Shown here: positions 13,760 through 26,560 of the stretch, one piece after another | How positions within the stretch are numbered: the first letter of the stretch is position 1 | Layout: every line of letters begins with the position of its first letter | Origin: Raillietiella orientalis | Lineage: Eukaryota | Assembly (NCBI GenBank): GCA_036172245.1 | Contig: JAYWIR010000064.1 | Location: forward strand, 124,001-188,000 | Length of the DNA stretch: 64,000 bases | Direction of reading: 5' to 3' | The notes under the pieces: generated by a model | What the model saw: the letters and a program-made list of their open reading frames with translations, nothing else | Told to the model about the DNA's origin: nothing | Database searches by the model: none | Translations under genes and position numbers: made by a program

Positions 13760-14500
13760 GACGTTTGAGTGCGGAGAAGATTTTCGTGGCTTATGGTTTG
13801 TTTGTTTGAGATTGCAAATACTGACGAACGCAATTCGAACTTTGGACCGACTTTCTGCTCCAGAAAAATTGCTGAGCAGTTTTCTGTTCTTATTCACTAT
13901 CTGTAGGAGGCCATTCTTTCGTGACTACCTTTCGTAGTAATTACCTTTAGTACGAATGCAAACTGTGAGGGGTTAATCGCTTTTTTTTTCTTCCAAACGT
14001 CCTCATGGTTATGACTTCAAAGCTTACGATGCAGAGTTTTTTCGGATGAATTTGTGGATGAACAGTATTATTTTCTTTTTCATCTGGCTCCTGTGTTTCA
14101 TGTCAGAGCAGACGATTTCTCGAAAATATATTCGAATGAATGTAGTGAAAAATGAAGTTCTCATAGTAGCTATCTCTCACATCTGTTTTGTACGACGTTT
14201 TGAACGACTTTCTATCAGTACACGTCATGATGGACGCATTCATTCTATCAAATTCCTCTACGGGAATTCTGAATTTCGATCTTATTCAGAAATATTCTTC
14301 AGGAAGCTGTAACTCTTCACGTTTTAGTGGACATTTATTCGCCACATCCTTCGAAATATTGCCAAACTTTGCAAAGCAGAATTCTTGTCCTGTTTTTCCT
14401 TTCTTCGTAATCGTGGTCAGCATACTTGGCATCATTGAATATAATTTGGTTTGTCTTACGGGATTTCGAGAAAATTGAGATAAAAAACACATCGGAGAGA
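13760..14500 (-). mobile_element. Possible AT-rich LINE ORF2 C-terminal remnant
   Basis: Minus-strand frame with stops reads YYENFIFHYIHSNIFSRNRL...IHPKKLCIV, resembling the h..l.tr.rl segment that precedes zf-RVT. Weak. Confidence 0.3.
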
Positions 14501-15019
14501 CTCAATTAGTAAGTTTAGGTTGGGTGAGTATTCGGTAGGCGAAAAGCTCTAGAAAGTCTTTACTCAAGTTTCAGGAAGCAATAATATCTTCGAGCACATT
14601 TTTCTTTAGAGGAATGGACCAGCACTTAGTGATTCGCAAGACTTGTAGGGACTTCGAGCCTTAACAAAAGCTCACAGCAAAACTTGGTTGTTCCCCCAAG
14701 CGTATTATAGGAAAAGAATAGGGATCTATAAAGAGAGTTCATGACCACCGGTGCATGAAACAAAGTACAGCAATGTGCCTAACTGCAGAAAAGTATCAAA
14801 GAGATCCTCATATCAAATTGTGATGAGCCGTTGGCGGCTTTCTACATGCACCAACAAGCTCTCACGTATCCATTATGTGAATTTGGTTAAAAATGGCTGA
14901 ATTAAAAACAATCTACAGGGCTATGGGAATATGAAAAATCTTACAACCATGGGCTATGTCACAAAAAATATGCACGAGGAAAGTACTTGGCACCGTTAAT
15001 ACCAACACCAAGAAGTCAC

Positions 15020-16630
15020 TGCTAAATGAAAATAAAAGCTCTACACCGTTTCCATCTAGGTTCGGGCATTCCTGAATGTTGCGGGCTAGGGATCACCCCC
15101 GGCATCTCTCTGCGAACTTGGATTCCATGAGGTCCGGACAGGCCGAGGCCGTGACGGCTGGCGGGGATCGGTGCCGAAGAGGCGAGTGGGAGTGGGAACG
15201 GATCCACTAAGCCGGATAGGGACGGGATAGAGGGAGATGTGTGGGAGGAGGGAACAGAGGGAAATGAACGGATGGGTCGAAAATGGGACCTGGTACCGGA
15301 AAGGGAAAGAACGAGGGTAGTCGAGGAGAGACTGCCCCTTTTCTCCTGGTTTCGAGAACGAATTGGTGATCGGAGAGGGTCCTGATCTCCCGTTCGTTCA
15401 CCTTGCTTCATTCTTAACAGTTATGTTATCTAGTTCACTCGAAGAGTTTATTTTTGTTTCCACTTATAAGACCCTGGGTCCGATAAGCGGTAGTCATTTT
15501 GTTTATAAACTCAAGCAGGCACACCTTCGGTTGTCACTCATCACTACACTTCACTTCCTTTGTGTGAGTACAGGGGTTTCTCGTCTTTGGGGCTTGCACT
15601 TGGGGCAATAGGGTTTGCTGCTCACCTGGGCACAATCGTCCATCTTCGAGGTGTATCGGTGCATACAGCCAAAGACTCTCTCACATTTCCTGATTCCAAT
15701 TTCTTCTTGAATTCGTCCTTTTAGAATTTCCATGAATGGTTTTGTATTTCTTCTTTGTCTCATTTTGGTTCTTATCAGTAAGTTCACGACGAAGATGCCA
15801 ATTGTTGTTCTCCCTATGAGATTGCGTGGAAGAACATTCCCATCAGAACACCCCTTGTTTGCAGGCCTGTCACCGTTTCCAACGCTCTTCAATCTTGGGG
15901 TAGCGTTGGGGAGGTGACCCAGTTCAGCTTTGTCATCTGATCAGTCACTGTGCCCGCAGGCCACGCAGAACTCGTCTCAGGAGTTTCCGGTCCAGTATTT
16001 GATCCTCGAACCGCTGACGATTCTTCGTGATCAAACGTGGGTAGGTCGTCCTGAGAGCCCGGTGGAAGGTCACTCCTGACAAGTTTCTATGGAGTGACCT
16101 TCCACCAGGAACTTGTTGTTCCATCCCCTTGCAGGTTGACGTCTCGGATTCCGAAACGACTGGAAGCCGTGGTCAAGGCGTCTTCTCTTCCGTGTTTTCC
16201 AGGAATGTATTCCTTCGCATTCTTTTTGATGACTCTGGACTACGCACTGTTGACCCTATTGTTCCACATTTCACGCATCTTGTGATTAAATCTTCCTTTT
16301 GAGGTTTCCGAGTATCGAATCGGTCGTATTTCGTCATCCACCACGGATGGAGAACTGCTCGCAATCGCGAATGGTCATTCCGAGCCTTTGGTGCATCCAT
16401 TGCCACGTCGCTAGTAGAAACGGGAAGGAAGCAAGCGAGGAATAACAAAAGCCAGTTCATCTTCCCATGTCTCCTTGCTTCGAAGCATAGTATCAGTTGG
16501 TGGATCCTTACCGTTGCCTGCTTCCTCTTCCAGGTGGAGTTTTTTTTGGTTCGCTAAGTTCCTCAGAGCCGGTCGCGTGCCTCGCGGCTCACAGCTCTTT
16601 TAAACACACTGTTTTGTTTCCACACCTCTC
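15020..16630 (-). mobile_element. Possible LINE 5' end / ORF1 remnant
   Basis: Minus-strand broken ORFs include YCPKCK (15551..15892) followed by a Ser/Pro-rich tract. A 5'-UTR-like leader (aagagctgtgagccgcgaggcacgcgacc) lies near 16570-16600. Inference from context. Confidence 0.3.
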
Positions 16631-16639
16631 CGCCTGCGA

Positions 16640-17475
16640 CAACCCGCAGGGGGGCGTGTAATTCTTCAGTGTAATTCTTCAGGATAGGGGGCACCCCAGG
16701 ATGGGGGTCTGCCCTATGAATCCAGGAAGGACTCAGAGTCCGTACCTCTCAAGTTTGGGGAGGGATCTCCCCCGGACAGGGGGAATCGCACCTCCCACCC
16801 TGGTTGTCTCCGAAGGGGAACCCCTAAAGGAATCTCCTTCCTCATTGTCTCTGGAGGGACAACCCCCAATGGGGAGGGGCTGTCCTCTCCATTTCATCTT
16901 CTCCGAAGGGAACCCGGAAAGGATCCTCTAGTAGGAATTTCTTCTCTGGAGGGAACCCACAAGGGAACCGCTCCTGTTCACTCCACTGAAGAGAACCCCC
17001 AAGGGACGCTTCCGAAATTCAGAAGGGGCGCTGCAGCTTCCCGCAGGGAATCGCTCTCGCTTGCTTCCTTGTGCACACTCTGTGAAGAGGCGACGACTCG
17101 GAGGGTCCCCCCCGCAGCAGGGGGGTCCGCTCCTTTGAACAACTGGAGAGGTGCCTGTGAAGGCTCCTGCTCCATCTTGAAACCGGTGGGGTCATCCGGG
17201 GAGGGGGTCCGCTCTCCATTGCACGACAGGAGGGGGAACTCCCCACTCCTTTATTCCTGGAAGGACCCGAAGGTCGACTCCCATTGTTCCGGCCTTCATC
17301 AGGGGCCTCCCGGCTTAATCCACCGCCGGTGCCACGCCCGAATGTCTCGGCCAACCAGCGCCATCTTGTAGGAGAAACTCGGAGCTCAAGGACGCAGTGG
17401 CGTCAGTTTCTGCCTAAGTATTCGAACCCGCGACGCATGGTGCCACGCGCGGAAGCCTTAACCCCAGAGCCTCTG
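16640..17475 (-). mobile_element. tRNA-headed SINE-like repeat, copy 1
   Basis: Inverted homolog of 59900-60660 (shared ORFs 16978..17175- and 60201..60398+). The minus-strand head GGCTCTGGGGTTAAGGC...GCGGGTTCGAATAC looks like A-box plus B-box. A 13-nt tandem (gtgtaattcttca)x2 lies at 16656-16681 near the 3' end. Confidence 0.6.
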
Positions 17476-17639
17476 ACTTCCAGGTGGACTCAGTGTCCGC
17501 CCAGTCAGTCTCCTGTCTTGCCTATGAGGACTGACATCAGGCCACTCGAGTCGTCACTATGAGCTTTAAGTTGGCTCTGTGAGGCGTCTACGTCTACTTT
17601 CCCCAATTTTCGGTGAGATCCATGAGTTGTTGCGCGTTT

Positions 17640-18500
17640 ATGGGTTCAGAGGAATGCTTCAGCTACACCATCCCGTCCCCATCTTCTTCTCGCGAGTGGT
17701 CCAAAAGCTCGAGTCTCATCCTGAGCTAGAATCCCTTCCAAAACATTTTCCCTTGTGTTCGTTCTATTTCTATCCGAAACTCCTTGTCCCATTGGGTAGT
17801 AAACCCCCTCGGGAAGTGGATCCACACTCCACAACTTGACCCTCTGCTTCGTGGCGAAGATCGGCTCGAGTGCATTCCTTCACCCGTTCTCTTGTTTTCC
17901 TCAGGAACCGTTTCCACGGAATCTGCAAAGCCGAGACATCTCCGATGTGGATTTCCAGATATTTTGTCATCGTCGCTACTTAGAATCCCTTCTTCATTGG
18001 TGCGTGGAGATCCAGAATTCTTATGGACATCGGATGATGCTTCTGGAAGCTTGATCTTCAGGTTTAATTCTTTTTCCATGGACCTGACGTTCCCAGAACG
18101 CACGCGTCTCTCTCATTCTGGAGGAAGAGCAGATCGTTCGCCTACGCCAAATGAGTCATCCCGTCGCCTTCGATTTCACTCCCTTGGAGACGTCAGCTTC
18201 TGCCGATCAGCGATGACACCTCCTCCATATAGATCACCGACAGCATCGAACTGAGGGCGTCTCCTTAGAGTGCTCCCTTTTCCATCAGGATTCCGTCTGT
18301 GTCTTGTCCATTTATTGAAATCTTGAAGTGCTGCCCATCGAGTATTTTCTCCAGGAACTGGCTGAAGTACCTTGGGAAGCCCAGTTTCCTCAATATCTTC
18401 AGCATCATGTCGTGGTTTGCGGTATTGAACGCTTTCTCCACATCTGTGAAACCCACAACCAAGTCTGAATCGACGTAAGTGCAATAGTGCAATAACCAAT
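17640..18500 (-). pseudogene. Non-LTR retrotransposon reverse transcriptase remnant (L1/Tx1-like)
   Basis: Motifs in order: TDVEKAFNTANH (D.EKAFD), KISING, KGAL*GDALSSML (QGDPLSP), HLA*ANDLLF (YADD), KYLE (KYLG). Spacing fits an RT; premature stops present. Confidence 0.88.
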
Positions 18501-19005
18501 GGTGGTCTGATCACACCGCCTCGATCTCTGGACCTACTTTTACCGTTGGTGCATCTTCCTGTTGGGTGACCATTCGGTTTTTACTTACTGGTTTGCGTGG
18601 AACTCTTAAAACTGCGGGTCTCCATGACAGAGAAGGGTGCCTCCGCAGCCTTCGATATTGCTGGCTGCCGGCGACGCCACCGTTGCGTAGCGCGCGGACA
18701 ACGGTGGCTCCGTTACCTCCTTTGCGGCAAGCGTGTGCACTTGGGGTCACGCGTCCGGTGTTCAGTCCTCTTGTGCGGAAGATCAGATCCGCCCTCCTAG
18801 TTCCCCCGCATCATCGCACAGTCAGTGGGGGAGTGGGTCTGGAAGGGCCGTATTTACGAAACGTCACTGGCGCACCTGCCACTTGCACTGCCTGTCTTTG
18901 TTTCCATCTCGCGTGCGCAGTCTCCCAGCCTAAAAATCGTGCTTCCGGGTGACCCGCGTTCAGGATTACCGCGGCCCAATTTGGATGCACGGGTCGAGCC
19001 TCACC

Positions 19006-19042
19006 CTGTCGCCACTGCGGCTCGTGATCGCAGTGGCGACAG
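19006..19042. repeat. Perfect 14-bp inverted repeat with 9-nt loop
   Basis: CTGTCGCCACTGCG-GCTCGTGAT-CGCAGTGGCGACAG, read directly. Confidence 0.92.
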
Positions 19043-20279
19043 CGTAATTATGGAGACAGCGTCCTCGGTAACTGCCCCTCTCTCGGTTTCACCACGCGAT
19101 GCGCGGAAGAGCGCCACCGGATCATGAACTGGCGTGAGCGCGAGCAACGCTCCTCGCATCGAGGGGAGAGCACCACTTGTTGTCCTCCTGCTTTGCTGGC
19201 TCCTCTGCTAAAGTTCATAAATCTTCATATGCACGCTCTGTCCTTTCATTAATTACTTTAAAACGCCCCACTGAAAGCTGACATGTTGAAAGTTTCGGTA
19301 ATATTCGAAATAGCGAACTGCTCCAAAAAGCGCCATTGAAAAAGGAATGTAAATCAAATGATTCCTTAAAAACAAAAGGAAAAACTCTCCTGACAGGGTG
19401 CTAAGATCTAGTTAAATCGAAAATCATTTTGACTCTTGCTAAAAATTCGTTCCAAAAAAGTCAACTCGTTTCTCATGTTGGATAAATTCGAAACACTCTT
19501 GTGTCAGGTACAACAACACCAAGCCCAAGAAGCTGAAGTTGCAGAACTCTTCACAATTAAAAATATAGTGCTAAATTTAAAGTTTGAACTCTTTGATGAT
19601 GTGCTTCTACTTCCTTACTTAGGAAAAAAAAAAAAAAAATCATCCTGCGCGGAACAACACTATAGAAGATAGGTTCTCATTTCTACAAGGAAAAGGATGG
19701 ATGGGTAAACCCTTTTTCTGAACAAGCTTTCAATTTGTATGGCAACTGCGATTGCCTCAGCCTTATTTTTAGTCTTCTTTTACTTGATTTAATCATACTA
19801 AAAGCACTTAGGTAATCTGTTGCATGCATTTATGAGCATGCTAGTGAACCTGTACACGAGGAAGGAAGGACTACGAAGATTTCCTTGAAAAACTCAAAAC
19901 AGGTAGAACACTGTTTTGTCTTCCAAAAGTTGATTTTCCGGTGTTTTCTGGTGCGTAGGGACAATTGAAGTAACCTCCTCGTCCACTGCTCTCTTCGTGC
20001 CTCCAAGGCGAAGCAAGCAGGTGAGTTTGCCGCTGGACTTGGTCATATAGTGGCAAGGTTCATTCCTCTTGAGATATGAAATCAGCCTTCACATGCATTG
20101 CGTGTCCTTACCATGACATAGGACTCTTGTATAGGGTCATGGCTTTCCGGTCAGAAACATGGTCTGCTTTCCTCTTTTCATACCGTGGCTCGTTAGAAAG
20201 TAGCCTGCGGTTGTTGTCATTATCGTGGCTGTTCTTTTTTTTTTTTTTTTATGATAAAACTGGAGATTCTAAACTCTAA

Positions 20280-22250
20280 AATATCCTAAAGTCTTCAAAT
20301 ATACTTTAGGCTAAAATTTTTCTGTCCAAAGTGCGTCTGTCTTTCCATAGGATTGGTTATGATTTTACGGAAATCATCTTCTACATACGATTCCCTTTTC
20401 CTTGAAAATTCCGTTTTAGAACGGGTGCGAAAGGGGCAATCAAAAAGTTGCAGAAAAATATACGAGAACCTGCTCACCCTTGAATAAGGTAAGAACGTTG
20501 ATAAGAGCCGAGAAAGAAAATTCTTTATCGAATAATTATGGGCTCCTAAATAATCTGGAAATGAGTTTCATGTATCGGTTAATATATAATATCGGAAGAG
20601 ATAAAGCAACTGCTTCCTAAGATCATGAATAATTCTTTTCCAAATGACTTTTCTCCTGTTTCTTACATTTGATGATTTCTTCAGATTAATTCTTGGATTC
20701 TTCTTTGAATAGTCTCCTAAGATCAAAGAAGAACTTGCCTGCTCAGAATATGTTTGAGGAAGAGGTCATTTTGCAAACTTGACTTAGATATCGTTCCTCG
20801 CTTTGCATTTTATTCTTTTCCACCAATAAAATTCCAGGATTCCTTCGTTGTCTGGTGACTAAGAATCTAATCTGATCCAGAATCTGAACCTTTTATTGCT
20901 GCACTTGATGGAAGTCCAGACGGTGTACTATCTGAAGGAGCCTTTTGTAATCCATCAAAAGTGATGTCAGATGTTCCTCGAATCCCAATTTGGTATCAGT
21001 TTCGGCAGTTTCTTTCTTGCATGGAAATTGCAAAAATCATCGCGTAGTTATCCCCCACAGAGAAGAGCTCCACGAAGAGATGGTGCATTCTTTCACTCCA
21101 GACCTTTCCAGAATTGCTTGTTTCTCTTTTGCCAGAGAAGAAGCAAACTATAAACGCTCAAAAACACCTTAAACTCTTCCGCTGGGATTCTTTGACAGAA
21201 GCCTGTAGAGCAAAGATCATGTAGGAGTTTATTCAAGGTAACTTCCTTATAGAATGACCTCAAATAGAACTCTGAATTTTCGAAAAAATAGTCTTTCTCG
21301 GATTTTCCCTTCCGTCATCCATCGCTAATACTGAGAAAAACAACTCTAATGAGATTTCCTAGAGATTCTAATCCTTGATTGCCGTAATCATTTTAGTAAA
21401 ACTGTCCATAGGACAAATCATGTGAGGGACGTGCGAATTCACTGTCATCCTTCTCAAATAGTGCGGAAATGCTTTGCACTGAACCGCACGCCCACAAAGA
21501 GATGCAGCAAAAAACCCACGTGAATGGATGCTGGCTTTCGCCCCATTCTCCGTTTCAACCGATAACCGCAAACATTTGTTCTAAGAGGAAATCATCCCAT
21601 CGCCTTGGAGCATCGAGACGAACCTTTCGATGGATCCATACGAATTGCAAGACGGAGAAGTCATCCTCACACCAGGTCTGCCATCCCGTTAAAAGGACAC
21701 AAAACGAACTTCACTGGCCGGGGAATTCCATGCCAAAACCAGAAAGAGCGAGCAGTGGTGGATGGCTAACATTATGGACGGTTTCAGAGCGAAAAAGGAA
21801 ATCATATCGGGACTCTGCATTGCCAGTCCTAATGGCATTTTTATGTCCCTCACTCCAAGGAAATTTGAATGATTCGCCCCGCTCAGCTCGTAAAGAGCGA
21901 AGCACATGGACCTGTTGTTCGTGCAAAGGGGTGGCAAAAAGTTCACGTGAGTTCTGCTGTAAGAGGAGGGGACCGAAGGCATTCTTTAAGCAGCAAGCGA
22001 ATTCAGGATTCATTTCAGGAAGAGACTGTGCAGCCCAACCAAAAATCGTACCAACACCTGAAGAATTTTCGAGTTTGCCGGTTTCGTCGATACGCACGCA
22101 ACCCATGAAGTACTTTAAGGTGTCCGTCGTTTCCAAACTTGAAAGAGGACGAAAAAGGCAAATAATCACCGATCGCAATTAATGACAAGTGATCCTGAGT
22201 CGTTTTCAAGCACTCATCAGAAGATCGTTGCGGCCATGCCCAAATAGCCG
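20280..22250 (-). mobile_element. AT-rich LINE ORF2 remnant (endonuclease to pre-RT region)
   Basis: SGVGTIF in ORF 21711..22178- resembles APE GGVAI. SPDNEGILEFY at 20826-20858 resembles SPGPDGI.xEFY. Confidence 0.55.
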
Positions 22251-22344
22251 ACACATGCTCTCGTGTCGAAAGTGCTGAGCAATCAGCAGTGCTCTCCCAG
22301 TTGAACCCGTAATTCGATCTTCCCCATCATTATGAGATCCTCAA

Positions 22345-22685
22345 CAGGTGCCTGGGCTTTGCACTCTCGGAGATGGCGGTGCGCCGCACCTGCGAAGACG
22401 GGAACCGGGCTACGCGAGTGTTCCGGTACAGGTCGAAGGAGACGCTCGTTGACGTTCCGAGATCGACACGCAGCTCCTCGGGCGGCGTCCGCAGAGACCC
22501 GAAGTTCCCTCCCATCCGCGCCCGTGGACCACCCTTGCCGCGCTCGCGCTTAATCCCCCCATCTTTGCACCGAAAGGAAGCCGGCGAAAAGCGGGGAGCC
22601 CGTCTCCGACAACTGCCCCCTTCCTCCATGGCCCTCCCGTCGCCGAGTGCTCGCTCGCAAGGGCGACGGACACTGGCTACCACCT
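22345..22685 (+). repeat. Diverged third copy of the 5' (putative ORF1) part of the GC-rich LINE
   Basis: Colinear blocks shared with 30255-30550: ctcggagatggcgg; cagagaccc.[ga]agttccct; atct.tgca.cgaaagga; gacaactg.cc(c)ttcc; ccctcccgtcgccgagtgc. Confidence 0.82.
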
Positions 22686-22687
22686 CC

Positions 22688-23176
22688 TTAATCAAAGGCT
22701 ATCTTTCTACTTCCATTTCCCATATCCTCAATTTCAACTTGAGGGGAAACAGATGCTAGGAAATCGTTATAGCTATAGTGATAGTCAGCAGAAAAGAATA
22801 TTTTTCCTTTAAACTCATGGAAGTCATTAGATAACGTTCCAATTTCTTCATCACCGTCAAATAATTTTACCTTAGTGAGATATGTTTGGCCGTTTACTCT
22901 AACTATTTCACCGTTGGAGTTTCTCTGTATGTGATAATCATCCGGATCGTGCTTTATAGCAAAAAGTTTATCAATGGGATATTGATCAAAATTTATCGGA
23001 CCTATATTGACATGCTTATGAGAATAATCCTTCTTTTCATATTCATGTGCAAATATTGGATATATATACTTATCTGGTGTATCGTCATATTCGTTGCCAT
23101 GGGCATCAACTGGCACCAGTTTATATATGTCATGCATTTGCACTAACTTGAGATGAGTAATACTTTTTGGTCCCAC
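22688..23176 (-). CDS. Uninterrupted AT-rich 162-codon ORF of unknown function, probably a foreign (viral or bacterial) gene fragment
   Basis: About 34% GC by hand count, against GC-rich flanks. The protein is rich in D/Y/I/K/H and looks like a genuine coding sequence. It starts at GTG (first ATG at codon 14). The ORF limits coincide with the composition shift. Confidence 0.7.
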   Translation of the reverse strand: MGPKSITHLKLVQMHDIYKLVPVDAHGNEYDDTPDKYIYPIFAHEYEKKDYSHKHVNIGPINFDQYPIDKLFAIKHDPDDYHIQRNSNGEIVRVNGQTYLTKVKLFDGDEEIGTLSNDFHEFKGKIFFSADYHYSYNDFLASVSPQVEIEDMGNGSRKIAFD

Positions 23177-23179
23177 TGC

Positions 23180-24660
23180 CTTCCTTACCGGAGCGCTGGA
23201 TCCGGCTTCAGCTTAGAATCTGTTCCCGGAACATTTTCCAGCCACTGGTGGCCACCGAATCCCGATGCCCCAGGGCAACCTCGAGATCTGGGCCACCAAC
23301 TCCTCGCGCCTCTCTGTAACCATTGTCTAGTTGTTGACGCACCCATGCGACCTTGCACTGTTCCTCCGAACCTCCTGCAGAGGCGATCCTGGTGAACCGT
23401 CCTTGTGGGCTCCGCCCTCGCGGGAGGTAGGTTGGGTTGCTCTGCGTCGATGAACCTGAAATATAGGGATGGAGGGTGTTGTCCACTGAAAAGAACATCC
23501 CCCAAAGCCCGATCCTGTCCAACGGAAGACGTGGTCCTCTACCCTCGATGAGGACGTTCTTCCATGAGGGATGTCCATGCTGCTCTCGCGATCATTTTTC
23601 CTGGACGTAGCCATTCAGTGCCATCAAGCAGGATTGAATGACAAATTCTGGAAGATAAGATAGCGGAGGAAGGTTCCATGTGCTCGCGGATGCGGAGATG
23701 AGTCTCTCGTTCATGGGGAAAATAAGCGCCGAAGAGCAGCCCAAGGAACCGAGTTTGCCTACTCTGCAGTAGATGCAAACTGGCCCTGACAAGAGTTTAC
23801 TTGGATCATCGAATAGAAGAACGGCCACGAAGGGAACTTCCTCCAGCAAGTAACGCCGATCGCCCCATCGGTAGGACGCGATCAAGGCGGATCGTGACGT
23901 GGAGACTGCGGGAGTCTGCAAAGACGGGATTTCCAAGCACCCGGACGTTACAGCTAGAACCCTTCCCACGGCGGGCTTGCGGCAAGCGTGGACAGACTCA
24001 GGACAGACACAAAATTTTCGAAGCGTGGACCTCGCCGAAGAATCAAAGCTGGGTGCGTAAGTTCATCCGCCCGTACCTCCATTGTGGTTGCGTCGAATGA
24101 GGCTTCTCGCTTGTTGAAAGAGGTCAAAGGTTCCAACAGGTGCCCTATCTCGACTCTTCCATCTCGTTTTCCGTGTGGCGGCCATCATATGAAATCTCGC
24201 ATGCCACGAGAAGTTTCTTGCGCGGCACTCTCTCATCATTCTATCTGCAGTCAGTCGTCGGAAGCGAACGCATGATACCATCCTCCGCCATCTTATCATA
24301 AAGATCGCCGTTTCCGAATTGTAACGGGTTGAATTAAAAGAACCTGGATGAACGCACAGCACATCGGCTTCCACCTCCGTGAACGGAAATCTCTTCCGTC
24401 ATGAGAACATTTGGACGTTTGATTATAGCAGTCTCCTGGTGAGCACTTGGGAGCACCTTGGCGTCGTTTTTATTGATGACGCGTTCTGAATGGGAGAAAA
24501 TCAGTGCCAATGCTGCTTTCTGTGGCTTTCGGCGTCGAAGGCCACCATAGTGTTTTTCTCGTAGCGTTTCCAGGGAATCAGGGTTTTTTGGACAGCCTAG
24601 ATGGCGCGCCTACACGAACACGAAGCGTGCTTGCAGTGTATGTGATCGCTCAGCGTGCGG
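23180..24660 (-). mobile_element. LINE ORF2 remnant (post-RT to first CxxC), related to the GC-rich LINE
   Basis: TLREKHYGGLR near 24545 and GPVCIYCRVG at ~23760-23786 parallel GGGGVG (~37955) and PFVCGACRRG (~38700) in copy 2, with similar spacing (~775 vs ~750 bp). Confidence 0.6.
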
Positions 24661-25169
24661 CGTCATGTACTGCCCACCATTAGCACTATTGGACTGTGCG
24701 TTTTCATCTAGCATCGATTCTTTGCACTCGGCAACAGCTCACCCACTGCATTCGTATGGCATTTTCGAATTAGTTATGCCGGTGACCTCCACATTTAGCC
24801 CTTTCGCAACCTTTTGTGATTGTTATGGTGGCAGTCTCCAGGATGCGTGACTTTCCTCTGGAGGAATTGAGTTTCAATCGCAGCTGCTCATCTGCTCCTC
24901 GTCCTTTCCTCTTCATCCACCCATTCTGGAGTTTGGTAAGTTGCCTCCCCAAACTGTTCAAGATGACGGGCGAATGAATTGCTCCTGACCCTATTATCGA
25001 GCTACGGTGCCCTCCAGTAAGTTTGGCAGAGGCTGGTTTTAGCTCCACTGCACCCTGAGAATACCACGGCGGAGTCTCGAAAGGCGACATGATTTCACAC
25101 TCGGGTGCGCAGGGGGGATTATTACTCTTACAGGGATCGATACAGCCATTAAGCCCACCGATTCTACCT

Positions 25170-26560
25170 ATTACACTAAAAAAAAAGGGGGGGAGAGGCC
25201 GGAGAGATCCATCACGTCAACGAAGGGGAAGAGAGATGAAACAGAAATAGAAAAAAAAAGAAACAAACTACAACAAACAATAGAAACTAACAAAAAAAAA
25301 ATTCGTTGAGGGGTAGGAAAGGGATCACATTCGTGGTGGATGTGGTCTCCGCATCCGTTGAAGGATACTGTCGAGCCTCTCCTTTCTACTTTCCAGGGGG
25401 GGCACCTTTCTGCGGACGAAGCCATCCGCAGGAAGCGTTGGAGTGCAGGGCAGCTCCCCTGTCGCTCCGTCCTCTCTCGGCGTCGCACTTCGCCGCGACC
25501 ACACCGCGCACGCAGCACAGCGCTGAGACTGCGCCTGTAGGCGTCATGGAGCCTGTACGAAGAGGAGCCTCGAAGAGTCTCTGGAACTGTCCATGGGGTG
25601 CAGAAGGGACGCGGAGAAACGTTCCCACAAGTTTCGGAGGGCGACGCACTGCACTATGAGGTGGGGGAAGGTCTCCTTCTCTCCACACCTGCCACAGTTC
25701 GGAGATGCACTTCCTCTCGTCCAGTGGTGCCGGCGTGCGTTGCACGGAAGACCCCAGTGCAGTATCAGCAACGCCGATTGCTGCCACTACAGGGGAAGCA
25801 GCTTACTATCCATAAATCAACTCTTCGGACTGAATGGCGAAGAGTTCGCCCTAACGTTCCAGTCCTTTAGAGACGGTTCTTGCTGTTGCCGCGTCAACCA
25901 GCTGACGCGGAATCCAGCCACCGATAGACTTCCTGCGGACCGAGATCTCTCAGGAAACTTCCCACTTCGCCGGTAGTCAGGTGCCATGTACCCCGGAAGT
26001 GGAGGATACCGATGCGGCTGAGGGGGTGGCTGGTGGGCAGGTCAACATAGTCAGCTCACTACCCACCGCCTCCAATGTTCTTCCGCTGTTCTTCTGAAAC
26101 TCTCAGCAGCGGGTAACTTCTGGAGGGTCCCGGGTAAACTGGGCCCACGTCCTCACTTTCTCTTGCCACCAGACCAGAGTGCTCTCAAGCAGGCAGGAAA
26201 TCCACGTGTTTGTTCTCACCAGAGCAGCGACACACCGGAGAGGGAAGCTTTTAAGATGGGAGCCGGCGGTGGTGACACGCAAACAGAGTTCTCCACCGAC
26301 CTCCAGCCGGGAGAGCGAACGTGAAGAACCGCACCAATGGGTGGCCCAGTTCTATGGCACGAAGGCCAGTCTTATGAAGTTCAGTTGAACTTCCATGCGC
26401 TCCAACGTCAGTAGCCTAAGTCCTCCATCGCGACGAAGAGGGCATAAGTCTTTTATTCGGACTCGGGACCACGGTGAGTTGCATCCGCGCCATCGTGATA
26501 TCCCGACCCTGTGTTGGAGTCAGACGCAGCGAAGAAAGCATCACCCACATGGTAGCCGAC
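25170..26560 (-). mobile_element. LINE 3' fragment (post-RT, zf-RVT, T-rich 3' UTR)
   Basis: WSRVRIKDLCPLRRDGGLRLL at ~26410-26472; CGRCGEKETFPHLIVQCVALRNLW in ORF 25544..25771-; T-rich tail at 25170-25300. Confidence 0.85.

Noticed and set aside
18130..18270. Alternative genetic code (TAA read as Gln in KGAL*GD)
   Set aside because: It is a single case explained by a CAA-to-TAA transition. The nearby TAG replaces Tyr and TGA stops are also present, which fits pseudogene decay.
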